Shown: positions 37,735-47,272 of the stretch, in pieces
How the letters are laid out: the number at the start of each line of letters is the position of its first letter
How positions within the stretch are numbered: position 1 is the stretch's first letter
Origin: a virus
Strand: one strand, 5' to 3'
DNA length: 64,000 bases
Virus record (IMG/VR): IMGVR_UViG_3300025671_000038
Made by a program: the position numbers and the translations under genes
Notes under the pieces: model-generated
Database searches by the model: none
What the model was told of the DNA's origin: nothing
Seen by the model: the letters and a program-made list of their open reading frames with translations, nothing else

Positions 37735-39234
37735 TTAAGCTAGCATAGACCCGTCTGGATTGGAAATATCAAAATTCGACGCATATTCCTTAGCATTCCG
37801 GAGTGCTTTGCTTCCTTCTATATTTTTTCCCCATCCAGAATTGGCATTGGTAGCTGCTTTTAAAGCAGTGTCAAAGTCGATAAAATCGTTGGGGTCATCG
37901 TTTCCGTATTTCCTTTTGGAGTGTTTACTGTTCAGCCTATTAAGGAAAAAGAGAGCTGCTATCTCTGCAGCTATTTTTGGGTCATTTACCATGCTCGGAT
38001 TGTTCACTATATCTACATTAGTGCCGTTCTTCCTTAGAAGATCATTATACTTCTTATAGCTATCCTTGAAGGTAAGCTGGTTAAACCCTCTTCCTCTGTA
38101 TTTAGCTCCATCCCCCGGAGAATCGTTTCCGTATCGCCCACCATAGACAACATCCCAGAATCTATCTACATCTTTCTTGAGATCGGTCAATTCGGATTCA
38201 GTGTAGTTTGAAACCCTGCTTCCAAATATCTCCCTTATCCGTTCGTTTGATGTTTTATTGTATGGATTCTCGTCCTTAGGTACAAAGTTAGACTCCTTCC
38301 CTATTACACTTAATATTCCCTTTTGTATCAACGGGTTTATAATTCCATACTTATTTAATGCGCTTACAACTATTTCGATATTTTCCCTGTGAGGGATTGC
38401 TTTGCCTCTGGGAACTATCGCGCCAACCACAGGAGACAATTCGCTATGAAGGTCTCTTGCAACGGATAGCTCTGTCTCTCTACCCTGATTTGCTGACAGT
38501 CTCGAAGGAACTGGGCCTTTCGAAATTGGTTGTGATGAGGTCTGAGGAAGATTTAATAGAGTAAATAAAGGAGTTGAACTAGCGCTTCCCCCTGCAGAGG
38601 CAACCGCTTCCTCCTTCTTCTTTTGCAGAAACTTAAGAAATCCCATCACATTGGAACTGGATTTGCTTCCGCTATCAGAGTAGTCTTGATCCCACTTTAT
38701 ATCAGCGGGGGACATGCCACCGGTGATCTTCCTCCCTTTCTTGGGTGAATTCGGGTCAATAAGAAGAAGGGACCCATCTTCTTTCATATAATCTCTTATG
38801 TGCTTATCATTGCTTAGACCTATATGAACGTGTGTAGATTTGCTTTTGCCCCATTCCGATATTTCTCCTATTAAGTCTCCAGCTTCTATCTTATCTCCGG
38901 GCTTTACTGAAACGTTCTTAAGGTGGGTATAGAAAACCTGTGGGTCTCTGCCAGAGCTGTCAACCGTAACATGTGTTCCATAAACCTTTCCTGATTTTTT
39001 CCCTGTGTCCTTTACTTTCGTTACCTTTCCGCTTGTAATGGAGTATACCGGGGTACCAGCTTTTGCAAAAATATCCCAAGCATTATCCGATTGCCAGTTT
39101 CCTAGGGGTCTGGCAGAATGATCCCTCGGTCCATTTTCGTAGGATCCCCATTTAGGGTCTGTTCCACCGAAGATGGTTACTGCCTCTTTCAGGATCCCGT
39201 TTGAATTCTTGAATTGGTTATAGTTGGAGATCAT
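37735..39234 (-). CDS. M23 peptidase + GH19 lysozyme/chitinase-like virion peptidoglycan hydrolase
   Basis: WDIFAKAGTPVYS...G.V, YTHL, HVHIG (HxH); KES.F, YRGRGFNQLT..SY; start moved to 39234. Confidence 0.85.
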   Translation of the reverse strand: MISNYNQFKNSNGILKEAVTIFGGTDPKWGSYENGPRDHSARPLGNWQSDNAWDIFAKAGTPVYSITSGKVTKVKDTGKKSGKVYGTHVTVDSSGRDPQVFYTHLKNVSVKPGDKIEAGDLIGEISEWGKSKSTHVHIGLSNDKHIRDYMKEDGSLLLIDPNSPKKGRKITGGMSPADIKWDQDYSDSGSKSSSNVMGFLKFLQKKKEEAVASAGGSASSTPLFTLLNLPQTSSQPISKGPVPSRLSANQGRETELSVARDLHSELSPVVGAIVPRGKAIPHRENIEIVVSALNKYGIINPLIQKGILSVIGKESNFVPKDENPYNKTSNERIREIFGSRVSNYTESELTDLKKDVDRFWDVVYGGRYGNDSPGDGAKYRGRGFNQLTFKDSYKKYNDLLRKNGTNVDIVNNPSMVNDPKIAAEIAALFFLNRLNSKHSKRKYGNDDPNDFIDFDTALKAATNANSGWGKNIEGSKALRNAKEYASNFDISNPDGSMLA

Positions 39235-39288
39235 ATGGATTCTACCGAAATTTATCTCCATATATATCAACCTCGTATACTGGAGTAT

Positions 39289-40077
39289 TTACCAGCATTC
39301 CAGGGATGGATAATAGGTATCACCATCCACGAAGGGAAATAAATATGCGTGTTCCCGGATCCGAAATTCCATATTTTTTGGACATCCCTTATGATCGGAG
39401 TAGCTAAGATACTCCCTGGAGACCATTGGCCATATGGTATAGTTATTTATCGGGGTATCTTCGCTGGTAATAAAGTGGTCTATATCCATCTTATCTCCCT
39501 TCCTCATGTCGATATTATCCTTTATCTTTTGGAGAGCAGTGCTTCTTATTATGGAAAAGTTAATGGTTGATGCTGTAGAGATAGGTTTCGCTAGATGTTC
39601 CGTTATGATACCCATTTTGCCAAAGAAATAATGGTTACCTATAAGTATATCCCAGTCTGGGGGAAGCTGGGAATAAGCTAGTCTTATTTTTTCCATTGCT
39701 CCTTCTGCTAAATATGCATCATCCTCCATGACAACTATAGAATCCTGAGATTCGTCCACAAAAGCTTTCTCCATCAAGGATAAGTAGCTTCTAAATATGG
39801 CCCAAGGCACATCTGACTGATCCTCTATGGCAAGGAATCTCTCGACCTTGAAGTTACTGAAAAGCTGCTCATTTCTTTTGTTAAACTCATCCCATCTATC
39901 CGTTCTCCTCTCGAGATTTAATATGTATGCTTTGCTTGGGAATGGGACCTCATTTTCCCCTTCGATATTAAAGTCCCCGCTGATATCTACTATTCTGGAG
40001 AGATCCCTCTCCTTATTCAATTCACAGATTCTTCTGAAATCCCCCGGTCCATAATTAGAAGCTCTGCTTGGATCCAT
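39289..40077 (-). CDS. GT25-family glycosyltransferase
   Basis: YILNLERRTDRW, VMEDDA, DID. Confidence 0.82.
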   Translation of the reverse strand: MDPSRASNYGPGDFRRICELNKERDLSRIVDISGDFNIEGENEVPFPSKAYILNLERRTDRWDEFNKRNEQLFSNFKVERFLAIEDQSDVPWAIFRSYLSLMEKAFVDESQDSIVVMEDDAYLAEGAMEKIRLAYSQLPPDWDILIGNHYFFGKMGIITEHLAKPISTASTINFSIIRSTALQKIKDNIDMRKGDKMDIDHFITSEDTPINNYTIWPMVSREYLSYSDHKGCPKNMEFRIREHAYLFPFVDGDTYYPSLECW

Positions 40078-40083
40078 ACTATA

Positions 40084-40524
40084 TCAATTTTCCCATTCAT
40101 CCCATTCCGGATCCCTCCAGCTATCTCCTGAATAGTAGTCGTCAGTTTCGACATGAGATAATTCCCATTGGTAATTGTCCTTGATCCAGATTTTCCTCGT
40201 GTACGGAAATTCAACTTCCCATTTGAATGACGAGCCGTAATCAAACTGACCCGTTATGGACTCTACCTTTGATATGAGATCTATGAAAGAATCCGGGCAA
40301 TCGTCATTAAAGGAATTGCTCTCAATGTATATCTCTATCTTACCATCCGCGTTCAGGGTTAATACCGAGCACAGATCTTCTAAGATTTCGGGATATTCGA
40401 AAGGTATCTCCCTTATTTTGCTAACTATAACATCGATCATGTGATCTTGGCATCGATTCTCAGAAACCAAATCCAAGCTGAATGTGCAGCTTTCTCCCAT
40501 TTTTACTTCCTCTATATTTTCCAC
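40084..40524 (-). CDS. hypothetical acidic protein
   Basis: 146 aa ORF. Confidence 0.5.
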   Translation of the reverse strand: MENIEEVKMGESCTFSLDLVSENRCQDHMIDVIVSKIREIPFEYPEILEDLCSVLTLNADGKIEIYIESNSFNDDCPDSFIDLISKVESITGQFDYGSSFKWEVEFPYTRKIWIKDNYQWELSHVETDDYYSGDSWRDPEWDEWEN

Positions 40525-40537
40525 TATATAACCTTAA

Positions 40538-41113
40538 TTAAAAAATAGAATTGCCTTTTATAAAACGGGAGCAAAAAGATCTCCTGTGTTGGGAAGTTAA
40601 ACCGTGTTTTTCTATAGCATTCATATGATCCTTGGTGCCATAGCCAGAATTCCTTTCCCAGAGATATTCGGGGTACGACGAGGAAAGATCCTCCATCATC
40701 CTATCCCTGGTAACTTTTGCTATAATAGATGCTGCTGATATGGAAGGAACTTTGGAATCCCCCTTTATGATACATTCGAAAGGAATGTTCTTATATCCGG
40801 GGAATTTATCCCCGTCGACCATCAGCATCTCTGGCAAGATTCCGAGATCATCAATTGCCCTAAACATGGATTTGAAGGTAGCCTGGAGTATGTTAATCCT
40901 GTCTATCTCCTCCGGTTGTGAACTACCTACCCCAACGTAGAGAGCACTATCCAGAATTAAATCATAAGCGATTTCTCTCTTTTTCTTGCTTAGCTTCTTG
41001 CTGTCTGTTATGAGATTGTGAGAAAACCCAGGTGGTAATATTACTGCGGACGATACCACAGGACCAGACAGACATCCCCTACCTACCTCATCTATCCCTG
41101 CTGTCATCCCCAT
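40538..41113 (-). CDS. rnhB: ribonuclease HII
   Basis: GIDEVGRGCLSGPV, DSKKL, VDG, KGD, SAASIIAKVTRD, GYGT..H, HRRSF. Confidence 0.96.
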   Translation of the reverse strand: MGMTAGIDEVGRGCLSGPVVSSAVILPPGFSHNLITDSKKLSKKKREIAYDLILDSALYVGVGSSQPEEIDRINILQATFKSMFRAIDDLGILPEMLMVDGDKFPGYKNIPFECIIKGDSKVPSISAASIIAKVTRDRMMEDLSSSYPEYLWERNSGYGTKDHMNAIEKHGLTSQHRRSFCSRFIKGNSIF

Positions 41114-41297
41114 TCATTTCTTCTAGAGACTCCTGGAAAGCCCTATCGTAAAGTTCTTCCCTATCGATGTACTTCCTGCCCTCCGAATGTAATCTTTCAG
41201 CCTCTTTTGTTACTTTCTCTATCACCCGGTCTTTAATACCTAAATTCCAAGCTTCGATCAGGATTTCTTCTATGTAGCTCATATTCGGATTAAACAT
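41088..41297 (-). CDS. hypothetical protein
   Basis: 69 aa, coupled. Confidence 0.5.
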   Translation of the reverse strand: MFNPNMSYIEEILIEAWNLGIKDRVIEKVTKEAERLHSEGRKYIDREELYDRAFQESLEEMNGDDSRDR

Positions 41298-42843
41298 TTG
41301 CCATCAAAGTGGCTTTTATTCCATTTTCGGGGTGAATTACATAAGCATGTAAAGCACGGGTTGATCCTTCATAGCCGTGATTGTGATGCCATCTATCTGA
41401 ACCAGAAAGGCTGGGCATTTGGAAGACTTTTACTCCCTTATAGTCCTTGACCATCTCATGGTGTAAGTGTCCCGTGAAAAAAGCTCTGTGCTTAGTTTTT
41501 GACCATAAATCCGGAGCTTCGTTTGCCATCATATATGGAAGGTCTTGTAGTTTCATACCGTCTCCATGAGTAAATCCCATGAGGGTATTTCCGTAGCTGA
41601 AATATTGTCTAAACCTGTGACATCTTATCACATTTACATCTTCGCACTCTCTGTAATAAGCATCCAGATATTGTAGCAGGACATGGGAAAGCTTGAAGTC
41701 GTGATTTCCTGCGGTGAGAATTATTTCCACCTCAGCTACTTGTCTTAGTATGTCAAGAAATTCTACCATTAGCTTCTGTCCTTCCACCATTATTTGGATG
41801 AAAGTTCCGTCGCAGTCCTGGGGTGTCCCTTTAGTGGTAGTTCCTCTCATCGTATCAACATGGAAAAAGTCAGAACCGACGGGTACTATTATTTTTTCTA
41901 TATTGTACTTAAGAATATCTGGGATAAGTTCGTTGGTCTTTTGCATCAGAAGGTCTCTTGCCATCTGCCTGTTATATTCTTCTCTAACCTCACCAGACCA
42001 AGCATATTTACCGTAGTGAAGATCAAATGGAGATATTACTAAAGCGTGGTTATCACCATCCGGCATCGAAAGCTTAGGGACAGTATAATTTGCAAAAACA
42101 TTCTCAAGCTTTTCTGCAAGGGGATTTAGAGTGAGTCCCTTAAAAGCCCACCAATTATTAGCAGCGTCCTTGATTAGTTTTTCTTCACTCCTCGTATATT
42201 TCTGGAAGAATGAGAATTTCCTCTTCTGTAGTGCGTCTTGAACCATCTCATCCTCACCTCTTGCAAACATCTCCTCATCGGTAAAGGGCTCTGAGTCGTG
42301 AGTCCAACCCATGATGGATTTCAGAGCGATAAAGATGTTCCTTGGGATTTCAAAGTTCCTACACACCTCATTAATTGTCTCAGGGGAGCCGTCCATATTA
42401 GAATATCTGGACTTCATGTCTCTGACTATGGTTCCCGTGAATTTATAAGGCTTGTTTTTAATGTAAACTATATAGAGATCCTTAGCTTCGTCGTAATAGT
42501 ATGCGGTGCTATGCTTGTATTTTTTATATGCACTTTTAGCAAGAGTGGATTCCTCCTCTTCTATATCCTGAATAACATTATCGTCAACATCCTCCATTTC
42601 GAATTTTTTCCGAATATTCTGCTCTACGTCTTCACTTCCTTCGTCCTGAGGATATGAATTTTCAGGCTTTAACTCTGAGAAAAAAATAGTAATCTGTCTT
42701 CTCAAGGAATCTGGTTTAGCTTCTCCTATAACTACGCCCTTCTCGGATACTAGTTTTCTTGCGATTTCAGCATGGCTTATACCCTGGCGGCTTAGGTTAG
42801 TAATATAATCGCTAAATTTTTCGACGATTTCTCTTAGTGACAT
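41290..42843 (-). CDS. large calcineurin-like metallophosphoesterase/nuclease
   Basis: DLHYG, GSDFFH, AGNHD, THGD, TGHLH in the C-terminal half. Confidence 0.82.
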   Translation of the reverse strand: MSLREIVEKFSDYITNLSRQGISHAEIARKLVSEKGVVIGEAKPDSLRRQITIFFSELKPENSYPQDEGSEDVEQNIRKKFEMEDVDDNVIQDIEEEESTLAKSAYKKYKHSTAYYYDEAKDLYIVYIKNKPYKFTGTIVRDMKSRYSNMDGSPETINEVCRNFEIPRNIFIALKSIMGWTHDSEPFTDEEMFARGEDEMVQDALQKRKFSFFQKYTRSEEKLIKDAANNWWAFKGLTLNPLAEKLENVFANYTVPKLSMPDGDNHALVISPFDLHYGKYAWSGEVREEYNRQMARDLLMQKTNELIPDILKYNIEKIIVPVGSDFFHVDTMRGTTTKGTPQDCDGTFIQIMVEGQKLMVEFLDILRQVAEVEIILTAGNHDFKLSHVLLQYLDAYYRECEDVNVIRCHRFRQYFSYGNTLMGFTHGDGMKLQDLPYMMANEAPDLWSKTKHRAFFTGHLHHEMVKDYKGVKVFQMPSLSGSDRWHHNHGYEGSTRALHAYVIHPENGIKATLMANV

Positions 42844-42954
42844 ACGATATTGTTTATTTCCCTCTGGGTTATAATACGTTGGGAGTTTTCTAATATATTG
42901 ACAACCACTGAAAAGATTTCGGGCCTTTCGAAGATTTGTGATAGTCTTTGGTCA

Positions 42955-42984
42955 CAAAAAAATGGGTAAGTCAATTACCCATTA
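42955..42984 (-). terminator. intrinsic terminator
   Basis: 9-bp stem AATGGGTAA/TTACCCATT followed by a T-run on the minus strand. Confidence 0.8.
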
Positions 42985-43010
42985 TATATGACCATTAAAA
43001 GAAGCTTTCG

Positions 43011-43265
43011 TTACTCCTCTTTTAATTTTCCTATGATTCCCAGAAGTGTTATTTCCTTCTCCACTGTGTTGAAGAAGTCGGTGACGTATTTGCACTTTTC
43101 ATACTCCTCGGTTGATTCATAATAATCCAGAAGTGATTCTTTGATCGCATGCCTCTTCTCTATAAGGCGGGGTTGCAATATAGCTTTTGTTCCAAGCGTT
43201 TCCATCCTGCTTATAGCATTTTCGTAAATGTCCCTTTCAAGTGGCTTATTGCCTTTCACTTCCAT
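43011..43265 (-). CDS. small protein with UVR-like E.YEKC motif
   Basis: YYESTEEYEKC. Confidence 0.5.
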   Translation of the reverse strand: MEVKGNKPLERDIYENAISRMETLGTKAILQPRLIEKRHAIKESLLDYYESTEEYEKCKYVTDFFNTVEKEITLLGIIGKLKEE

Positions 43266-43467
43266 TATTATTATTTTTTCTGTCCGGGTGTTTAAATTTT
43301 ATCACTTCATAAAGATCCGAGCATTTCTCATATTCTTCAAAATCTTCTAGTATAGACATACAATCTTCTGATCTATCAAGAACAGGACTTTCCAATCCTC
43401 TTCTAACAATATCTGAGTAAATTTTCAGAGCCCAGTTTAGTTCTTCTATAGATCGTAGAGTTTTCAT
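43246..43467 (-). CDS. small protein with UVR-like E.YEKC motif
   Basis: LEDFEEYEKC. Confidence 0.5.
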   Translation of the reverse strand: MKTLRSIEELNWALKIYSDIVRRGLESPVLDRSEDCMSILEDFEEYEKCSDLYEVIKFKHPDRKNNNNGSERQ

Positions 43468-43494
43468 TATATCCCATTCTAAGTATATATTTAC

Positions 43495-43716
43495 TTAGGA
43501 TAGGAAAGAGAATGACTCTAGAGGTTTTTGGAATACCCCGGATCCACCCGAAGGTGAATTGTATTCGACCTGAAGAAGATGTTGATTTTCTGAATTTCTA
43601 AGAACATTCAATACCTTGACTGTCTTAGAGGTACTATTTTCCCTCAGGATATCTCCTTTGGAAACCTGTATGCCATTTATCCTTGCAGATTGTGCTAATC
43701 TAAATTCTTTTCCCAT
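43495..43716 (-). CDS. small SH3-like hypothetical protein
   Basis: VSKGDIL...VKVLNV. Confidence 0.4.
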   Translation of the reverse strand: MGKEFRLAQSARINGIQVSKGDILRENSTSKTVKVLNVLRNSENQHLLQVEYNSPSGGSGVFQKPLESFSFLS

Positions 43717-44006
43717 AGTTCATATTCATTTATTAAAGTCTTAACCTCCATACATGTTTCGTATCTTTCAAGCTCTTCTGACCAAAGAAGAAAATTACTC
43801 AGAAAAGTCCCATAATCTTTCTTCTGGATTACTATGGAATATCCGTCATCATTTTCTATCCCAAGTTCATCCATGTGAAAGATGAGAGTAAATGAGTGCT
43901 TTTTCCTTACCGCCTTTGAGACCTTCTTATAGATAATACTCCAGAATGCATCCTTCTCTTCGAAAGACATCCCATCGGAGTCAAGGAAAACGTCTGATCC
44001 TTCCAT
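43695..44006 (-). CDS. small protein with UVR-like E.YE.C motif
   Basis: SEELERYETC. Confidence 0.5.
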   Translation of the reverse strand: MEGSDVFLDSDGMSFEEKDAFWSIIYKKVSKAVRKKHSFTLIFHMDELGIENDDGYSIVIQKKDYGTFLSNFLLWSEELERYETCMEVKTLINEYELWEKNLD

Positions 44007-44011
44007 GCTTT

Positions 44012-45076
44012 TTATTCTTGTAGAGAAACTTCGTTGTTTAGCTCGAGAATCCCATCCATATATGCGGTAATTAGATATGGATCTGCATTAGATCCGGGTC
44101 TTCTATCTTCCAGGTACCCCCTCCAATCTTTTGCAGTAGTAATTGGGACTCTTATAGAAGCTCCACGATCGCTAAATCCCCAGGAGAATTTTTCTATGCT
44201 CTGAGTTTCGTGATCTCCTGTTAGTCTTTGGTCGTTGTCAGACCCATATATTTCTATAGCCTCAGAGTGTGTATTTTCCAAAGATTTGAATATTGATTCG
44301 AAGAGATCTTTACCACCAACATCTCTCATCAGAGAATTTGAGAAATTCACGTGCATTCCGGAGCCATTCCAATCTTCCCCCCTTCCCATAGGCTTCGGGT
44401 GAAAGTCGACCTTGACTCGATATTTTTCTGCAATTCTTTGTAGAAGAAATCTAGAAATCCATAGATCGTCTGCTGCATTTTTATTTCCCTCACCGAAAAC
44501 CTGATACTCCCATTGTCCAAGCATCACCTCCGCATTGGTTCCGGTAATATTTATCCCGCAAGATAAACATGCATCCATGTGCTCGTCAGAAATTTCTCTC
44601 CCCGCACTGTATGGATGTCCAACGGAACAGTAGTATTTTCCTTGCTTTTCCGGTGGATTGAAGTTTTCAAATCCGAGAGGCATGTTGTCCTTTCTATTAA
44701 ACCACCTTAGAACATATTCCTGTTCAAAACCAAACCAGTTATCTTCTCCCTCAGATCCTATGGTAGATCTGGTGTTGGTCTCGTGTGGACTTCCATCCGG
44801 ATTGAGAACCTCACACATAACAATGTACGAAAATCCTCCTCTAATTGGATCTGGGTATAATTTTACGGGATTTAGTATGCAGTCCGAAGAATTCCCCTCT
44901 GCTTGCATCGTAGAGCTTCCGTCGAAAGACCATTGGGGTATGTCTTCTAACTTTGGCATGATTAGGGATATGGGATTTTCTATGTCGCCTCCAAAATCGG
45001 CTACTTTAACCTTGGATCTCAAATTTGGCTCCGGTTTGTAACCATCTAGCCAAACGTATTCTAATTTCATCTTCAT
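44012..45076 (-). CDS. glnII: glutamine synthetase type II
   Basis: EYVWLDG, LRSK, WSFDGSST, EQEY, NAEVM.GQWEYQ, DWNGSGMH, RGASIRVP, YLEDRRP. Confidence 0.95.
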   Translation of the reverse strand: MKMKLEYVWLDGYKPEPNLRSKVKVADFGGDIENPISLIMPKLEDIPQWSFDGSSTMQAEGNSSDCILNPVKLYPDPIRGGFSYIVMCEVLNPDGSPHETNTRSTIGSEGEDNWFGFEQEYVLRWFNRKDNMPLGFENFNPPEKQGKYYCSVGHPYSAGREISDEHMDACLSCGINITGTNAEVMLGQWEYQVFGEGNKNAADDLWISRFLLQRIAEKYRVKVDFHPKPMGRGEDWNGSGMHVNFSNSLMRDVGGKDLFESIFKSLENTHSEAIEIYGSDNDQRLTGDHETQSIEKFSWGFSDRGASIRVPITTAKDWRGYLEDRRPGSNADPYLITAYMDGILELNNEVSLQE

Positions 45077-45162
45077 CGGAAGAACTATTTTTTTTAGGAT
45101 GTACTATTTATATACTACCTTCCCTAAAAATTTTCGGCCTTCCTTGAAATAAATTTTAGAAA

Positions 45163-45348
45163 TTATTTGGATTGTACCCCCTTTGCAGCTTTAGAGAAAT
45201 CTTCATACTGCATTAATTTACCTACGGTCTCCCTCTCTAATCCAAGGGATCCCTTTTCACTTCCGAATGTTTTCTGATCAAACCACTTGACGAAGTTGTC
45301 GATTGTTTTGAATTTTTTATCCGGTTCTACTACTGGTAACTTAGCCAT
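45163..45348 (-). CDS. hypothetical protein
   Basis: 61 aa ORF. Confidence 0.5.
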   Translation of the reverse strand: MAKLPVVEPDKKFKTIDNFVKWFDQKTFGSEKGSLGLERETVGKLMQYEDFSKAAKGVQSK

Positions 45349-45368
45349 TTTTATGCTCTTTCTTTTAT

Positions 45369-45749
45369 TTATTTATCCATGAAGAACATTTTAGCCAAAA
45401 TGCCCACCAGTGCTGAAAATATTATCCACAATGCCTTTGTCACATTACCTTTCCATTTAACCAATTCAGCATGTTCCAGTAATAGCTCTTGGCTAGCCTT
45501 CTCATCTCTCTCGTGGTCTAATCTGTGTCTAGTGTTTTGGTTGACCTTAACTATAACCCCATCCTCGGGATCTAGCAACTTTCTCTTGAGTTCGGATAGG
45601 TCTTGTTTCATATCCGCCTGAGCTTGTTTTAGCTCCTGTATGCTAATCTCAATAATCTTCAGCTCCCCGTTAGGAAGCTGACTTTGCATCGTGTTAAGCT
45701 GATTCAGTATGTCTTGAATCAATTCTGGTATATCCCTATTTTGGCTCAT
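45369..45749 (-). CDS. coiled-coil protein with C-terminal TM helix
   Basis: Heptad pattern, then ALWIIFSALVGILAKMFF; GATATATA at 45798-45805. Confidence 0.55.
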   Translation of the reverse strand: MSQNRDIPELIQDILNQLNTMQSQLPNGELKIIEISIQELKQAQADMKQDLSELKRKLLDPEDGVIVKVNQNTRHRLDHERDEKASQELLLEHAELVKWKGNVTKALWIIFSALVGILAKMFFMDK

Positions 45750-45851
45750 ATACTTTAATTCGGTTCGTTCCCCAACTACCCAAAATAAAGTGTATACTAT
45801 ATATCAGAATAGGGCTAACCCGGAGGACAATTTTTTGTTGGCTTTAGAATT

Positions 45852-46049
45852 TTATTCCTCCCAGTGGATTTCTACATTGTCCAAAAGGAGCAGTAGATCC
45901 ATGGATTCTTCTGGGGTGTCGATCTCAAAGTACCCATATGCTTCGTCTGTGGCGAGACCATTCTCCAGTATACTGGCCTCAAAGACTCTTATTATATTAC
46001 ACACCTCTATGTGTGCCTGTGGAGAATATGTTATGATGTCTACTATCAA
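45852..46049 (-). CDS. hypothetical acidic protein
   Basis: 65 aa ORF. Confidence 0.45.
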   Translation of the reverse strand: MIVDIITYSPQAHIEVCNIIRVFEASILENGLATDEAYGYFEIDTPEESMDLLLLLDNVEIHWEE

Positions 46050-46055
46050 TCCTGG

Positions 46056-46325
46056 TTAATTGAGAATAAGTGGTGTAACATCATCTATATGGACAATGTA
46101 GAACTCTCCACTTTCTAGATTTGATAGGACCACGTCGGTCGAACTAGAACTTCCTAATAGCTTGTGATTCTCTTGGAGAAAGATAAATTCCGATCCAAGA
46201 TGGGATTGCTCAAGTTTAGATCTCCTCATCCACTTGCTTTGATTCCTGAGATAGAGGTCTTCATAATATTTCCTCATCGATTCGGTTGGCTTCTTAATCT
46301 TCCGTGGTTTCTTCTTTAGATCCAT
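46056..46325 (-). CDS. hypothetical protein
   Basis: 89 aa; overlaps the upstream GT. Confidence 0.45.
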   Translation of the reverse strand: MDLKKKPRKIKKPTESMRKYYEDLYLRNQSKWMRRSKLEQSHLGSEFIFLQENHKLLGSSSSTDVVLSNLESGEFYIVHIDDVTPLILN

Positions 46326-47268
46326 TTTCGTAATATCCCTTATTTTTAAGAACTTTCAAATATTCTATGATCGATTCTACCTCTTGTTTCCTCTTTTCCC
46401 CATGAAGAACCTTTATATCTTTTTTATCGTCGGGTATTCTGTAGAAATCCGAGATTAGCCCCCGTTCCGAATCATCGCCCTCAAAAAAATGTCTTACCGT
46501 GCTCATCCCTTCTATATTGATATAGGACATCGGTAATCCACCTCCTCCGTTTTTCCATACAAGTGTATTCATTACACTTTCGTCCTGGAAGGGGGAGTAT
46601 TCATAAACATCTACCACCTTCCATAGAACATTTAGCATTTCCTCAAGCACCACCAGAAAATCCCGGCACCTCTGATTAAATATGAAGAGATTACCTGTTC
46701 TATACTCATCCCTCGCATCGAGAGGAACCTGTAAGAATTTCATAAGCGGGTACTCTATGGTTTTGGTTAGATCTCTTTCTGGCCAAGCCCCCTCAAATGG
46801 GTTACCCTTCTCATTTCCATCGTCGTCGATCACTAAGACAAACTCGTGGGGTCCTTTGGTCATTAGAGGAGTAGTCTTTATGAGGTTTGAATGCAAGAAT
46901 ATCTCATCTATATTTGGACAAGCTATACTGTCGCCGTCTATAAAGCAACATTCATCATATCCCATGTCCAGTACCCTAATGCAGGCTTCGGATTTCCTGG
47001 TCATTATCTGGAAGCTTCTTAGATTTTTCCGATCCACGTAAAAATTCCCTCCCTCCGTGTAGTGAAATATAGTACCGTCTTCGCTAATTTCATACTCTAT
47101 ATCATGGAATGAAACCCCAGCGGGTATTTCAAGCCCTTCCTTCCTCGGATTGTAGTTAATACAGAAGATGTGAATGGGATAATCAGAGAACTCCGATATG
47201 CTCTTAGCTAGAAGGACGGAGAGGTAATGATAATTTTTGGTTGTTATAGAAACGAAGCACCTTTTCAC
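46294..47268 (-). CDS. GT-A fold glycosyltransferase (GT8/GT77-like)
   Basis: CFIDGDSI (DxD), TGNLFIFN, QDESVMN, LHG. Confidence 0.75.
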   Translation of the reverse strand: MKRCFVSITTKNYHYLSVLLAKSISEFSDYPIHIFCINYNPRKEGLEIPAGVSFHDIEYEISEDGTIFHYTEGGNFYVDRKNLRSFQIMTRKSEACIRVLDMGYDECCFIDGDSIACPNIDEIFLHSNLIKTTPLMTKGPHEFVLVIDDDGNEKGNPFEGAWPERDLTKTIEYPLMKFLQVPLDARDEYRTGNLFIFNQRCRDFLVVLEEMLNVLWKVVDVYEYSPFQDESVMNTLVWKNGGGGLPMSYINIEGMSTVRHFFEGDDSERGLISDFYRIPDDKKDIKVLHGEKRKQEVESIIEYLKVLKNKGYYENGSKEETTED

Positions 47269-47272
47269 CGAA

